Source: an uncultured Gammaproteobacteria bacterium (GTDB lineage: Bacteria; Cyanobacteriota; Vampirovibrionia; LMEP-6097). From it: a DNA stretch of 64,000 bases. The notes under the pieces were generated by a model. That model was not told the origin of the DNA. It made no database searches and saw nothing but the letters and a program-made list of their open reading frames with translations. A program made the translations under genes and the position numbers. The stretch's first letter is position 1; the number at the start of each line of letters is the position of its first letter. The stretch is taken from positions 148,224 to 212,223 of the forward strand of contig CAZKAT010000001.1 in assembly GCA_964551135.1 (NCBI GenBank), written 5' to 3'. Shown here in pieces: positions 19,448-29,235 of this stretch.

Positions 19448-19577
19448 TGCTATTATTATGTCCAGACCTCTTTCGAAACCGTAGGTTTCGGATTAGAGGT
19501 CTGATAAAAAGATAGCGACCGTGCGGGACGCACGTGTCGCCCTAAGAGAATTCTTAGGTTTCAAAGGGAATATTATT
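19448..19577 (+). promoter_or_regulatory. Extended -10 promoter and structured ~115-nt leader of glmS
   Basis: TGC-TATTAT at 19448-19456, followed by three consecutive hairpins before GTG 19578. Confidence 0.5.
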
Positions 19578-21506
19578 GTGTGTGGAATTATTGCTTACAT
19601 AGGTAATAAAAATGCTAAAGATATACTAATTCACGGACTCAGGTCACTAGAGTATCGTGGTTATGATTCTGCTGGTATTGCCTTGCTTTCTGATAGCACT
19701 ATTGAGATAGTTAAGTCTCAGGGTAAGATCAGTAATTTAGAAGAGAAGATTATAGCTGCAAGTAAGCAAACTGCTATAGCTTCTAATATCGATAGGGAAA
19801 ATCCATCCAGTAAATTTAGTTCTTTAGTTAATGAAAGATTAGCTAAAGCTATCGACACTAGTTCTTGTGGTATCGGGCATACACGCTGGGCTACTCATGG
19901 AGTGCCTAATGATATCAATGCTCATCCGCATCAAGATTCAAGTCTAAGTATTGCTCTAGTGCATAACGGCATTATTAAAAACTACCTTAGTCTTAAACAA
20001 GAATTAGAAGCAGAGGGTGTGGAGTTTAGATCTGACACAGATACGGAAGTGATTGCACAGCTTTTTGCAAAGAATAGAAATAACAGTGAAAATGATTTAA
20101 GTGCTTTAAGGAAAACCATCACTAGGCTTGATGGTAGTTATGCTCTAGCAATTCTTATTAGTAATGAGCGTAAGATTCTTGTTGCTAAAAACCAGTCACC
20201 ATTAGTGATTGGTGTTGCTAATGGCGAGAACTATATAGCAAGTGATAGTAGTACGGTTTTACAATATACTGACAAGATACTTAAACTACAGGATATGCAA
20301 GTTGCAGAAGTGACAGCGACTGATATTAAGATAGAAAATGCTAATGGTACTCAAGCCAAGATAGAAATTCATCAATCTGTACAGTCAGCATCGATACTTG
20401 AGAAAGGACCTTATAAGCATTTTTTACTTAAGGAGATCAATGAACAGCCTGCGGTAACTAGTCTAATGTTAGATCAATGTATCCATGATCTGACTAAGCC
20501 TATTACTGGTTTTGAGAATTTGGATATTAATTTTAAAACTATCGATAGAATACTCTTCACTGCTTGCGGTTCTGCTTACCATGCAGCTTTACTGGGTAAG
20601 ACTCTAATAGAGTTATGGGCTAAGATTCCCGTAGAAGTTACTATCGCAAGCGAATTTTGTACTATGCCAGCATTAGTGACTGGTAAAGATCTAGTGATAG
20701 GTATTAGTCAATCAGGTGAGACTGCTGATACTCTTGCTGCAATCAAAAATGCTAAGGCAGCGGGTGCTAAGGTTATGGCTATCACTAATAAGGTTGATTC
20801 TGCTATTTATGATTTATGCAAGCCTAATAATTATGTAACTCCTGCCGGGATAGAGGTGTCTGTAGCTTCTACTAAAGCATTTACTTCACAAGTTTTAGCA
20901 TTATACCTGCTAGCAATTAAGATTGCGGAAGATAAGCTAGGAGCAGATTTGAGTCATGCTAAGCGTGAATTGAGATCTTTGCCATTAATTATTGATCAAG
21001 TGATAGAGCGAGCAGATACTTATCATAAGCAATTCTTGAAATATTCTAATTACAGAGACTTCTTGTTTCTGAGTAGAGGAGTGAATTATCCTATAGCCTT
21101 AGAAGGTGCACTTAAGCTTAAGGAGCTTAGTTATATTCATGCTACTGGTTATCCTAGTGGTGAGATGAAACATGGTCCTATAGCCATACTTGATCAGAAC
21201 GTTCCGGTCTTAAGCATTGCTATTAATGGCGAGACTGAGTTAGAACAAATTGTTTATAAGAAGACCCTAAGTAATGCGGAAGAAGCTAGGGCACGTATGT
21301 CACCTTCTATAGTGATAGCTTGTGATGATAATAATGATGTGTCAGGAGTATTTGATGAAGTAATCCGCATTCCTAATATCAGTCAGCTTTATAGCCCTAT
21401 CATAGCCACCGTTCCATTACAGTTCCTTGCATACTATATTGCTGAAGATTTAGGTAAGGATGTTGATCAGCCACGCAATTTAGCGAAGTCAGTAACGGTG
21501 GAATAG
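19578..21506 (+). CDS. glmS: Glutamine-fructose-6-phosphate aminotransferase; start reassigned to GTG 19578
   Basis: MCGII N-terminal nucleophile, LEYRGYDSAG, GHTRWATHG, SQSGETADT, PRNLAKSVTVE. Confidence 0.96.
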   Translation: MCGIIAYIGNKNAKDILIHGLRSLEYRGYDSAGIALLSDSTIEIVKSQGKISNLEEKIIAASKQTAIASNIDRENPSSKFSSLVNERLAKAIDTSSCGIGHTRWATHGVPNDINAHPHQDSSLSIALVHNGIIKNYLSLKQELEAEGVEFRSDTDTEVIAQLFAKNRNNSENDLSALRKTITRLDGSYALAILISNERKILVAKNQSPLVIGVANGENYIASDSSTVLQYTDKILKLQDMQVAEVTATDIKIENANGTQAKIEIHQSVQSASILEKGPYKHFLLKEINEQPAVTSLMLDQCIHDLTKPITGFENLDINFKTIDRILFTACGSAYHAALLGKTLIELWAKIPVEVTIASEFCTMPALVTGKDLVIGISQSGETADTLAAIKNAKAAGAKVMAITNKVDSAIYDLCKPNNYVTPAGIEVSVASTKAFTSQVLALYLLAIKIAEDKLGADLSHAKRELRSLPLIIDQVIERADTYHKQFLKYSNYRDFLFLSRGVNYPIALEGALKLKELSYIHATGYPSGEMKHGPIAILDQNVPVLSIAINGETELEQIVYKKTLSNAEEARARMSPSIVIACDDNNDVSGVFDEVIRIPNISQLYSPIIATVPLQFLAYYIAEDLGKDVDQPRNLAKSVTVE

Positions 21507-21539
21507 ACTATCTAATTGTTCAACAAGTAATCAATAAAT

Positions 21540-21583
21540 CGTCATCCTGACGTCGCCTACTTCGTAGGCTCCTCAGGATGACG
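21540..21583. repeat. Short palindromic element, internally deleted relative of 58089-58197
   Basis: CGTCATCCTGA/TCAGGATGACG perfect 11-bp IR with inner GCCTAC-TTC-GTAGGC. Confidence 0.75.
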
Positions 21584-21709
21584 TTGTGACTTAGGTTGAC
21601 GCTTATACTATGGATGATAAGGTTTACTCTTTAACTAAACCATAATTAATCAAGTTTATCCTCCATATGACCGATACAAGTATTATAGGTCTGGGAGGGT
21701 CTTGTTGGG

Positions 21710-22738
21710 ATGAGTAAGGGTCAGGGGATCATAGTTCTATGCTTGCTGATATTAAGCATTAGTGCGGCTAATGCTTTAGTAGAACTGCCTAAAGGCTGGA
21801 TTAGAGCTAAATCTAATCCAGATTATGCTTTCTTGGAGAATAGTTATTCACTAGGAGAGGATAGCTATAAGACACTCAGTCTTATGGATCTTAAATTATA
21901 TGAGCAAGGAGAATACGACAAGGCTGTTGTTGATTTAGTAGACTCTTCTGTAATTAGTTCTGTTAGTCCTACATATGATGTCTCTCCAGATGCTAGTTCA
22001 GTAGTCTTTCAAGTGATAGCAAGAGCTGGTGGTGGCTTGCTTGATTCCGTTATATTTATGCATATCCCTGAGTCTAAAAAGATTAAAGATCTAGTTCTCA
22101 ATAATATTTTTACTGATGGTATTTCTAAGAAAACCGAAAATGAAATTTATAAACTGACTAATATTCAATTTAAGGAAGAGAAAAATACTGATCTAGTGGT
22201 ACTAAGTTACCAAAATGCAAATGATCGTGTTGATGTCTCTTATGATAGCTTGGCTGCTTGTGCAGTGAATTTGGGTAATGATTTAATTGCCAAGGTTAAA
22301 TCATATTATGGTGGTAAATTACCTGCTAATGCCCAAGTAAACTATGGGACTGCTGAGCTTGATAACTATGATCAAGAGTTGACTGTTAATTATGCTGCTC
22401 TTGGAATCAAGCATCGTTTCCTCTTTGATCAAGAGTTGAACTTAGTTGCTTTTCAAGAAGAAAATTTAAGTGGCCTAGTGCAAAATTTCACTAAATATTT
22501 TAAATATGGATCTTTAGTAAGCGCAGAGACTTATAACAATAATGGCAATAAAGTTTTTAGTACATCTTCATTAGATAACTATGCTTATAGTGCTGGTGAT
22601 ATCGCATATTTTTCTTATGCTAAAGAAGCATTTAAATTGATGTATGATGAGAATCTTTTCCGCATTAATCACAGTTATAAAGGCAATCTTAAAGCCTCAG
22701 TCGGTGATATGGAAGCAAGAACAAGGTTTTTAAACTAA
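21710..22738 (+). CDS. Hypothetical exported protein
   Basis: Signal peptide; 342-aa ORF. Confidence 0.6.
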   Translation: MSKGQGIIVLCLLILSISAANALVELPKGWIRAKSNPDYAFLENSYSLGEDSYKTLSLMDLKLYEQGEYDKAVVDLVDSSVISSVSPTYDVSPDASSVVFQVIARAGGGLLDSVIFMHIPESKKIKDLVLNNIFTDGISKKTENEIYKLTNIQFKEEKNTDLVVLSYQNANDRVDVSYDSLAACAVNLGNDLIAKVKSYYGGKLPANAQVNYGTAELDNYDQELTVNYAALGIKHRFLFDQELNLVAFQEENLSGLVQNFTKYFKYGSLVSAETYNNNGNKVFSTSSLDNYAYSAGDIAYFSYAKEAFKLMYDENLFRINHSYKGNLKASVGDMEARTRFLN

Positions 22739-22739
22739 C

Positions 22740-23519
22740 TTACTTATCCTTATCTTTATAAACACCCTGTAAAGTTCCAAATGAACCTACCGTGTTTTGC
22801 AGAGCTTTAGCTTTGTCTTGTAGCGCCCTTTGCATCTTAGCTTCTTTATTAGGACTGCGTTCAAAGTTCTTTATATCCTTATTAAGGTCTTCAATATTGT
22901 TTTGTATATCTTGCTTGAATGTGCCATATTCAAGACTAGTAATAGTGTTGCTGACAGTGTTAGATACTTTATCTCTATACTCCTGGCTTTTAGGTGAACT
23001 CAAACTACGCAGCACTTCTTCGGCAAAATCTTTAGTGAGTTGGAAGAAATCACGCATTAATCTATAAGTGTGTTTAACAGTAAAAGGACTTTGTCCTTTT
23101 ACTACTTTATCGGTTGATAAACGCTCTACTTCTGGATTTAAGTATTCTGCAGTAAGAGTTTCCATTGCTGCTTCTATTTCTAATATTTGTCCACCACCGC
23201 TTTCTATATTAGTTATAATTTTGGCTTTAATAGCGCCTTTCGGAGTGGGAAAGTCCTTATTAGTAATTAAACCTTTGACACCAACAGTATTTGTATTGCC
23301 TAGAGGGAAGATGTCTACTACTTTACCGACCTTAATTCCCTTAGAGTAAACAGGAGCTCCTTTAGAAAGTCCTTCAATACTATTGAAACTAACTATAAAA
23401 GTTCTACCTTCTCTTTGTTTCTTAAAAGTGTTCCAAGCAAAGAAAATCAGGGCAATAATAATTCCCCAATAAATTATTTTGGAGAGGATGCTTTTAATAA
23501 TGGCCCAGATTAATGACAT
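22740..23519 (-). CDS. MCE/MlaD-family protein
   Basis: N-terminal TM; F.SIEGLSKGAPVYSKGIKVGKV; coiled C-terminus. Confidence 0.8.
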   Translation of the reverse strand: MSLIWAIIKSILSKIIYWGIIIALIFFAWNTFKKQREGRTFIVSFNSIEGLSKGAPVYSKGIKVGKVVDIFPLGNTNTVGVKGLITNKDFPTPKGAIKAKIITNIESGGGQILEIEAAMETLTAEYLNPEVERLSTDKVVKGQSPFTVKHTYRLMRDFFQLTKDFAEEVLRSLSSPKSQEYRDKVSNTVSNTITSLEYGTFKQDIQNNIEDLNKDIKNFERSPNKEAKMQRALQDKAKALQNTVGSFGTLQGVYKDKDK

Positions 23520-23577
23520 TAACTAAACCATTATACTAGGCATAGTAAAGCTAGTATAGAGGGTAGAATGATGGCTC

Positions 23578-25497
23578 TTAATCTACCGACGTCGCTTTGA
23601 AATCAGCATCTATAACATCATCACTGTTATTGCCATTGTTACTAGAATGATCAGCTCCTGAATCCTGTGCATTAGCGCCAGCATGTTGAGTTAGGACCTT
23701 ATTCAATTCTGCTATAGCGTTTTGAATATCAATAGATTTCTGTTTGATCTCTTCTGTAGATCCATTGTCTTTGATAAGAGTACGTAGCTTCTCCGCTTCA
23801 GAATGTAACTTGCCAGTTTCATTACTAATCGCATTAGCATAAGGCTTGTCCTTGTGCTCACTGATCAATCTTTCAGCAGCATAAACTAAAGAATCTGCTT
23901 TATTTCTTTCTTCTTGCTGCTCACGGAATTTTTTATCATCTTCAGCTTTAGCTTCAGCTTCTTTAACCATCTTGTCGATTTCAGCATCGCTAAGGTTAGT
24001 AGTTGCAGTAATAGATATTTTCTGTTCTTTACCTGTAGCTTGATCTTTCGCTGATACATTGAGAATACCGTTAGCGTCTATATCAAAAGTAACTTCTATT
24101 TTAGGCATGCCACGTGGAGCTGATGCAATATCATCTAAATGACAATCACCAAGTAATTTATTTTCAGCAGCTCTAGAGCGCTCACCTTGGTAGATCTTAA
24201 TGTCTACGCGGGTTTGGTTATCCTCAGCAGTAGAGAAAGTCTCTGATTTCTTGGTAGGGATAGTAGTGTTACGTTCGATAAGCACTGTCATAACACCACC
24301 TAGAGTTTCGATTCCAAGGCTTAGCGGAGTTACATCTAGTAACACGACGTCCTTAACATCACCAGCAAGTACACCACCTTGGATTGCAGCACCTACGGCT
24401 ACTACTTCATCAGGGTTAACGTTTTGGTTGGGTTCTTTACCAGTAATCTCTTTAACGATATTTTTCACTGCAGGGATTCTGGTAGAACCTCCCACTAAAA
24501 TCACTTCGTTAATATCAGAAATATTTACACCAGCATCTTTAATTGCTTGATTCAGAGGACCTTTAAGCTTGTCGAATAATGGCTTACATAGATCTTCAAA
24601 CTTAGCACGATTGATTTTCATCTCTAAGTGTTTAGGACCACTTTGATCAGCAGTGATGAAAGGTAAGCTAACAGTAGTTTCTGTAAGATTTGATAATTCT
24701 ACTTTAGCTTTCTCAGCGGCTTCTGTAAGACGTTGCAGAGCTTGAGGATCGTTTCTTAGATCAATGCCGTTTTCTTTTTTAAATTCACTAGCAATGTAAT
24801 CTACTAGAAGATGATCTAAGTCATCACCACCTAGACGTGAATCACCAGCAGTAGCTTTCACTTCAAATACACCATCACCGAGTTCTAGAATTGATACATC
24901 GAAAGTACCACCACCAAAGTCAAATACTAAAATAGTAGACTCGTGTTTTTTGTCTAAACCATAAGCTAGAGCGGCTGCTGTAGGTTCGTTGATAATTCTG
25001 AGTACTTCTAATCCAGCGATCTTGCCAGCATCCTTAGTTGCTTGTCTCTGACTGTCATTGAAATAAGCTGGCACTGTGATTACTGCTTGCTCTATTTTTT
25101 GTCCGAGGTAAGCTTCAGCATCTTCTTTCAATTTACGTAAAACTTGCGCAGAGATCTCTTGCGGAGAATATTCTTTATCATCAATCTTGATATTTACAGA
25201 GTTATTTTTGCCTTGAACTGTATCGTAAGCTAAAGTTTCTCTTTCTTTTGCCGTCTCGTCCCAAGTGTGACCGATAAGACGCTTAGCACTATAAATAGTG
25301 TGCTTAGGTTTAAGTACTCTTTGGCGTTTAGCAATTTGTCCTACGGATTTATCGTTACCTAAAAAAACCACGGAAGGAGTAGTACGTGCACCTTCAGAAT
25401 TAGGGATTACTGTAGGTTGCCCAGCCTCCATAATTGCCATACAGGAGTTGGTTGTACCTAAGTCTATACCTAATATCTTGCCTTTTTTACTTGCCAT
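23578..25497 (-). CDS. dnaK: Chaperone DnaK
   Basis: [43 protein letters not shown]. Confidence 0.97.
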   Translation of the reverse strand: MASKKGKILGIDLGTTNSCMAIMEAGQPTVIPNSEGARTTPSVVFLGNDKSVGQIAKRQRVLKPKHTIYSAKRLIGHTWDETAKERETLAYDTVQGKNNSVNIKIDDKEYSPQEISAQVLRKLKEDAEAYLGQKIEQAVITVPAYFNDSQRQATKDAGKIAGLEVLRIINEPTAAALAYGLDKKHESTILVFDFGGGTFDVSILELGDGVFEVKATAGDSRLGGDDLDHLLVDYIASEFKKENGIDLRNDPQALQRLTEAAEKAKVELSNLTETTVSLPFITADQSGPKHLEMKINRAKFEDLCKPLFDKLKGPLNQAIKDAGVNISDINEVILVGGSTRIPAVKNIVKEITGKEPNQNVNPDEVVAVGAAIQGGVLAGDVKDVVLLDVTPLSLGIETLGGVMTVLIERNTTIPTKKSETFSTAEDNQTRVDIKIYQGERSRAAENKLLGDCHLDDIASAPRGMPKIEVTFDIDANGILNVSAKDQATGKEQKISITATTNLSDAEIDKMVKEAEAKAEDDKKFREQQEERNKADSLVYAAERLISEHKDKPYANAISNETGKLHSEAEKLRTLIKDNGSTEEIKQKSIDIQNAIAELNKVLTQHAGANAQDSGADHSSNNGNNSDDVIDADFKATSVD

Positions 25498-25619
25498 AAT
25501 GGTAGTTAATTATAGCAGAAGCGATTTCTGACAGTATCATACTAAAGTTTAAAAAATAAAGATCTAAAAACGTATATTACTCATTAGCTTAAACTTGCCA
25601 TGCTAATATCAACTGCATT

Positions 25620-25964
25620 ATGTCAAGAAAAGAAATGAATCAGGCAACCATTATCGGCAGAGTTGGTAAAGATCCGGACTTAAGATATTTTGAATCTGGT
25701 ACAAGCAAGGCTAGTTTTTCGGTAGCGGTTAATAGACCTACTAAGAACAAAGAAACAGATTGGTTTGATATTACACTTTGGGGCAGGCAAGCGGAGATCG
25801 CTGGTGAGTATGTACGCAAAGGCTCACTCGTAGGTATAGTTGGACAGCTAGATTGGGAGTCTTGGAACGATAAGACTACTGGTGAATTAATTGTTAAACC
25901 GGTTATAGCTGCTACTGACTTAAGGCTTATGGGATCCAAAGCAGATACTGCTGCCAATAATTAA
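25620..25964 (+). CDS. ssb: Single-stranded DNA-binding protein, short cyanobacterial type
   Basis: IGRVGKDP..RYFESG, AVNR, DWF.I.LWG..AE....YVRKGS. Confidence 0.9.
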   Translation: MSRKEMNQATIIGRVGKDPDLRYFESGTSKASFSVAVNRPTKNKETDWFDITLWGRQAEIAGEYVRKGSLVGIVGQLDWESWNDKTTGELIVKPVIAATDLRLMGSKADTAANN

Positions 25965-25966
25965 AC

Positions 25967-26347
25967 TTAGTTTGCTATTGCAACTGCCATAACCATAGTA
26001 TCTTCATGGCTTATGGAGACCTTGATCTCTTTTATATTTTTACTTATGGCAAGCTTTTGCGCTTTGATAGAGAGCTTGACTTGAGGAGAACCATTCGTGG
26101 GATCTTTAAATATTTCTAGATCTTGGAAGCTTAATTCCTTACCGATACCAGTAGCAAATAATTTAGCCAAAGCTTCTTTGGCAGCGAATCTACCTGCAAG
26201 GCGTTGCATAAGTCCAAGCTTACCAGTACTAGTTTCTAGTTCTTTAATTTCATTAGCTGTAAGAATGCGTTTAAGAAATTTATTGCCAAAGCGCTTATAG
26301 ACCTTCTCGATACGTTTGGGGTTGCATAAATCTGTGCCAATGTACAT
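25967..26347 (-). CDS. acpS: Holo-ACP synthase
   Basis: IGTD, AGRFAAKEA..K, VSISHE. Confidence 0.92.
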   Translation of the reverse strand: MYIGTDLCNPKRIEKVYKRFGNKFLKRILTANEIKELETSTGKLGLMQRLAGRFAAKEALAKLFATGIGKELSFQDLEIFKDPTNGSPQVKLSIKAQKLAISKNIKEIKVSISHEDTMVMAVAIAN

Positions 26348-26357
26348 CGGACGGTAA

Positions 26358-26861
26358 TTATAGCAATAGCGCTACTGCTTCCGCTGCTATACCTTCTTCT
26401 CTGCCAGTGAATCCTAGTTCTTCAGTAGTAGTAGCTTTGACACTGACTTGACTGATATCAAGATCCAGTGCCTGAGCGATATTGGCACGCATGGCATCAA
26501 TATATAATCTCAATCTTGGTTTCTGAGCAATGATAGTCGAGTCTATATTAGAGATGCGATAAGAATGATGTTTAAGTAACTCTTTAACATGTTCGAGGAA
26601 GAGTAAGCTAGATATTCCAGCATTAGCTGGATCGTTGTCAGGGAAATGCATACCGATGTCACCAAGCGCAGCAGCTCCGAGCAAGGCATCTACGATAGCG
26701 TGCACCAGCACATCAGCATCAGAGTGACCTGCAAGTAATTTGTCGTGAGTAATAGCCACACCACCAAGAATAAGTGAGTTAATGTTTCTACCTGGGTAGT
26801 TCCGGATGAACTCCATCTTTGAGATTAATTTATGAGCATCATAGCCGTGACCGATTCGCAT
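26358..26861 (-). CDS. ispF: 2-C-methyl-D-erythritol 2,4-cyclodiphosphate synthase
   Basis: RIGHGYDAH, GHSDADV, GDIG.HFPD, KATTTE.LGFTGR.EGIAA. Confidence 0.95.
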   Translation of the reverse strand: MRIGHGYDAHKLISKMEFIRNYPGRNINSLILGGVAITHDKLLAGHSDADVLVHAIVDALLGAAALGDIGMHFPDNDPANAGISSLLFLEHVKELLKHHSYRISNIDSTIIAQKPRLRLYIDAMRANIAQALDLDISQVSVKATTTEELGFTGREEGIAAEAVALLL

Positions 26862-26929
26862 AGAAGCAATTGTAACTAGTTAAGTAATAAATATTTGAAA
26901 AACTTAAGATAATTCATTGGCCCTAGCTT

Positions 26930-27865
26930 TTGATCATCCTTTCTTCTGCCCAAAATAGTAAAATTAGTTTAGACTGTATTGATATGGGTTCACGTACTTT
27001 TAAGTTTGCTTTGATCGGTTTTATCTGGGTTGCTTCTAACTTAGCTAGCAATGCTGCTGCTAAAGGTTATAAAGATGTACCGAATGGACATTGGGCTAAA
27101 AACTCTGTTGTCAAAGTAGTAGATGAATATCAATTTATGTCTGGTGATCCTAATGGAAATTTTGGTGGCAGTAGAGCTTTGAGTAGATATGAGTTTGCTA
27201 AAACTCTTTCTAACATGGTTGAGTATTATAATCGCGAGATTGAAACAGATCGTAAAGATTTAGAAAATGTAGTTGGAGTTCTAGAACTCTTCCAGACTGA
27301 GATGAAGAAGATGGAAGATAAAGTTGCTCAAGCTAATGAACAAGTAGAAAGTCAAAACAAAACTATTGCTGAACTTAATGAGTTAGTAATTACTGTTGCT
27401 GACGAGCTTAATGGTATTGGTGACAATACTAGTACTCAAGAAGAATTGAGTGCTATTAAACAGCGTGTGGCACTTGCAGAAGAGAATATTGACAAGCTTG
27501 GTGACAAGGGATTGATTGTAGATACGCTTATTAAAGGCGTTGGCAATGATGCTAAGCACTTAGGTCATGCTGTGGCAAATGTTACTAGGAAAACTAAACA
27601 TATAAATTTTCGTAGAGCTAAGACTGAAGAAGCAACAGAAGTTCCGCCACAAGCTTCAAGTTCATCTTCTAGCGTAGAAGCAGAATTAGCTACACCTGCA
27701 ACAACGACTGATATTTATACTGAAGAGGTTCAGACTTCCACTCCAGCACAGGTTCCAGTCCAAACTCAAACCCAGCAAACTCAAGAATTTTTGAATAACC
27801 TCGATGGTTATTATGCGGCACCAGCAGAGCGGGTAGAGTATTTAACACCGGTACAAGGAAAATAA
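26930..27865 (+). CDS. SLH-domain coiled-coil exported protein
   Basis: YKDVP.GHWA...GDPNGNFGG.R.LSRYEFA, then heptads and a low-complexity tail; true start may be later. Confidence 0.8.
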   Translation: MIILSSAQNSKISLDCIDMGSRTFKFALIGFIWVASNLASNAAAKGYKDVPNGHWAKNSVVKVVDEYQFMSGDPNGNFGGSRALSRYEFAKTLSNMVEYYNREIETDRKDLENVVGVLELFQTEMKKMEDKVAQANEQVESQNKTIAELNELVITVADELNGIGDNTSTQEELSAIKQRVALAEENIDKLGDKGLIVDTLIKGVGNDAKHLGHAVANVTRKTKHINFRRAKTEEATEVPPQASSSSSSVEAELATPATTTDIYTEEVQTSTPAQVPVQTQTQQTQEFLNNLDGYYAAPAERVEYLTPVQGK

Positions 27866-27869
27866 TAAG

Positions 27870-28652
27870 ATGATAAATTATGTTAGTCGTACAGATGTAA
27901 TCAAGGAGCTAGATATAGATGACTATATCCTTTCTCAATATGAGAAGTTTCTTGAATTACCTGAGCCGAGTGATGAAGGTTTTGATATTAATGTTGCTAA
28001 GTTAGTGGCAAGATTACACGAAATGATCAAAGCTGGTCTATCACTAAGTGATATTAGACAACTAAGTTTCGTTGCTGAACAATATCACAATGTTATACCT
28101 CAGCTAAAAAATTTCAGAGATTTTTCTCCGCATCATCATCTTAAGGAGCTTGTGAAATACTATAACGAAATGATTGATGAACTTGGTCATAGAGAGAAAC
28201 ATTATCAAGCTAAGATCGCTAATATGGAAAACGTTATTCAGAAGATGCAAGTTGAGCTTGAGAAGAATGGTATTGCTCATGATCAACTCGAGAACATTCA
28301 TTATGAGGCTGAAAGATATAAATCAGAAGTTGAAGAGCGTAATGAAATACTCGAAGCTATGCAGAAACGCATTGGCGAGCTTGGAGTTGAATTAGAAGAA
28401 TTACATTACTTAAATAATGAGAAGAATGATGAGCTTGATAAGGTTAAAGCTGAACTTGAGTACTATACTAGTGCAGATCCAGTAATGAAGAAGCGTTCAG
28501 CTGTTGATATCCAAGCTCTACTGAAGAAGAAAGAGAAAGAAATCGAGCTTAAGCATCAACGTGAAATCTTTGATCTGAAGAAACAAGTAGATATAATGTT
28601 GGAACAGAAAGAGCAAGAGTGGTTTACTAGACCAACTTCTAAGGTTTCTTAA
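27870..28652 (+). CDS. MerR-like HTH plus long coiled-coil protein
   Basis: N-terminal ...YEKFLELP...EMIKAGLSLSDI; Glu/Lys-rich coiled coil. Confidence 0.55.
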   Translation: MINYVSRTDVIKELDIDDYILSQYEKFLELPEPSDEGFDINVAKLVARLHEMIKAGLSLSDIRQLSFVAEQYHNVIPQLKNFRDFSPHHHLKELVKYYNEMIDELGHREKHYQAKIANMENVIQKMQVELEKNGIAHDQLENIHYEAERYKSEVEERNEILEAMQKRIGELGVELEELHYLNNEKNDELDKVKAELEYYTSADPVMKKRSAVDIQALLKKKEKEIELKHQREIFDLKKQVDIMLEQKEQEWFTRPTSKVS

Positions 28653-28708
28653 CGGTATTTCGGAACAGAACTTAATAATAAGCGTCCTAATAACTAGGGA
28701 GCTTCTAA

Positions 28709-29191
28709 TTGCGTTGTCCGTTTTGTAAATCAGAAAACCTTAAGGTATTAGAAAGTCGCTCTGCTGACGATGATAGAAGTATTAGACGTCGCCGTGAATG
28801 TATTGAATGTCAGCAAAGATTCACTACTTATGAACGCGTAGAGTTTAATCCCATGATAGTTATTAAGAAGAGTGGTTCTAAAGAGCTTTACTCTAGAGAT
28901 AAATTAATTTCAAGCATAGTTCGTTCTTGTAGTAAGTCACAAATTACAGCTTTAACAATTGACTCTATTGTTGATCAAGTTGAGTCTACTATGTATCAAA
29001 GATATAACCGTGAGGTGCCAAGTTCTGCACTAGGTTCTATGGTGATGAGCGAATTAAAGATCCAAGATCCTATGGCTTATATCCGTTATGCTTCAATATT
29101 TAAAAAGATTAACTCTATAGGTGAGTTCATTGATGAAATGAAAAACCTTGAAGACACTATGCTAGGCATTCAATTTCAATCAGTCAGCTAA
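28709..29191 (+). CDS. nrdR: Transcriptional repressor NrdR
   Basis: MRCPFC, VLESR, IRRRRECIEC..RFTTYE, ATP cone, AYIRYAS. Confidence 0.95.
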   Translation: MRCPFCKSENLKVLESRSADDDRSIRRRRECIECQQRFTTYERVEFNPMIVIKKSGSKELYSRDKLISSIVRSCSKSQITALTIDSIVDQVESTMYQRYNREVPSSALGSMVMSELKIQDPMAYIRYASIFKKINSIGEFIDEMKNLEDTMLGIQFQSVS

Positions 29192-29235
29192 ACGACTTAA
29201 TTTGTTATACTGAGTCTTTAGGGAATAATAAGATA

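Noticed and set aside
19460-19577. Canonical glmS ribozyme
   Set aside because: Only ATAGCGACC loosely recalls the AGCGCC cleavage site; the GACGAGG, UAUCGA and CGGCGG core elements are absent
19521-19577. N-terminal extension of GlmS
   Set aside because: GlmS needs Cys at position 1 after Met removal, so the start is GTG 19578
25498-25619. CIRCE/HrcA operator upstream of dnaK (also checked grpE)
   Set aside because: No TTAGCACTC-N9-GAGTGCTAA
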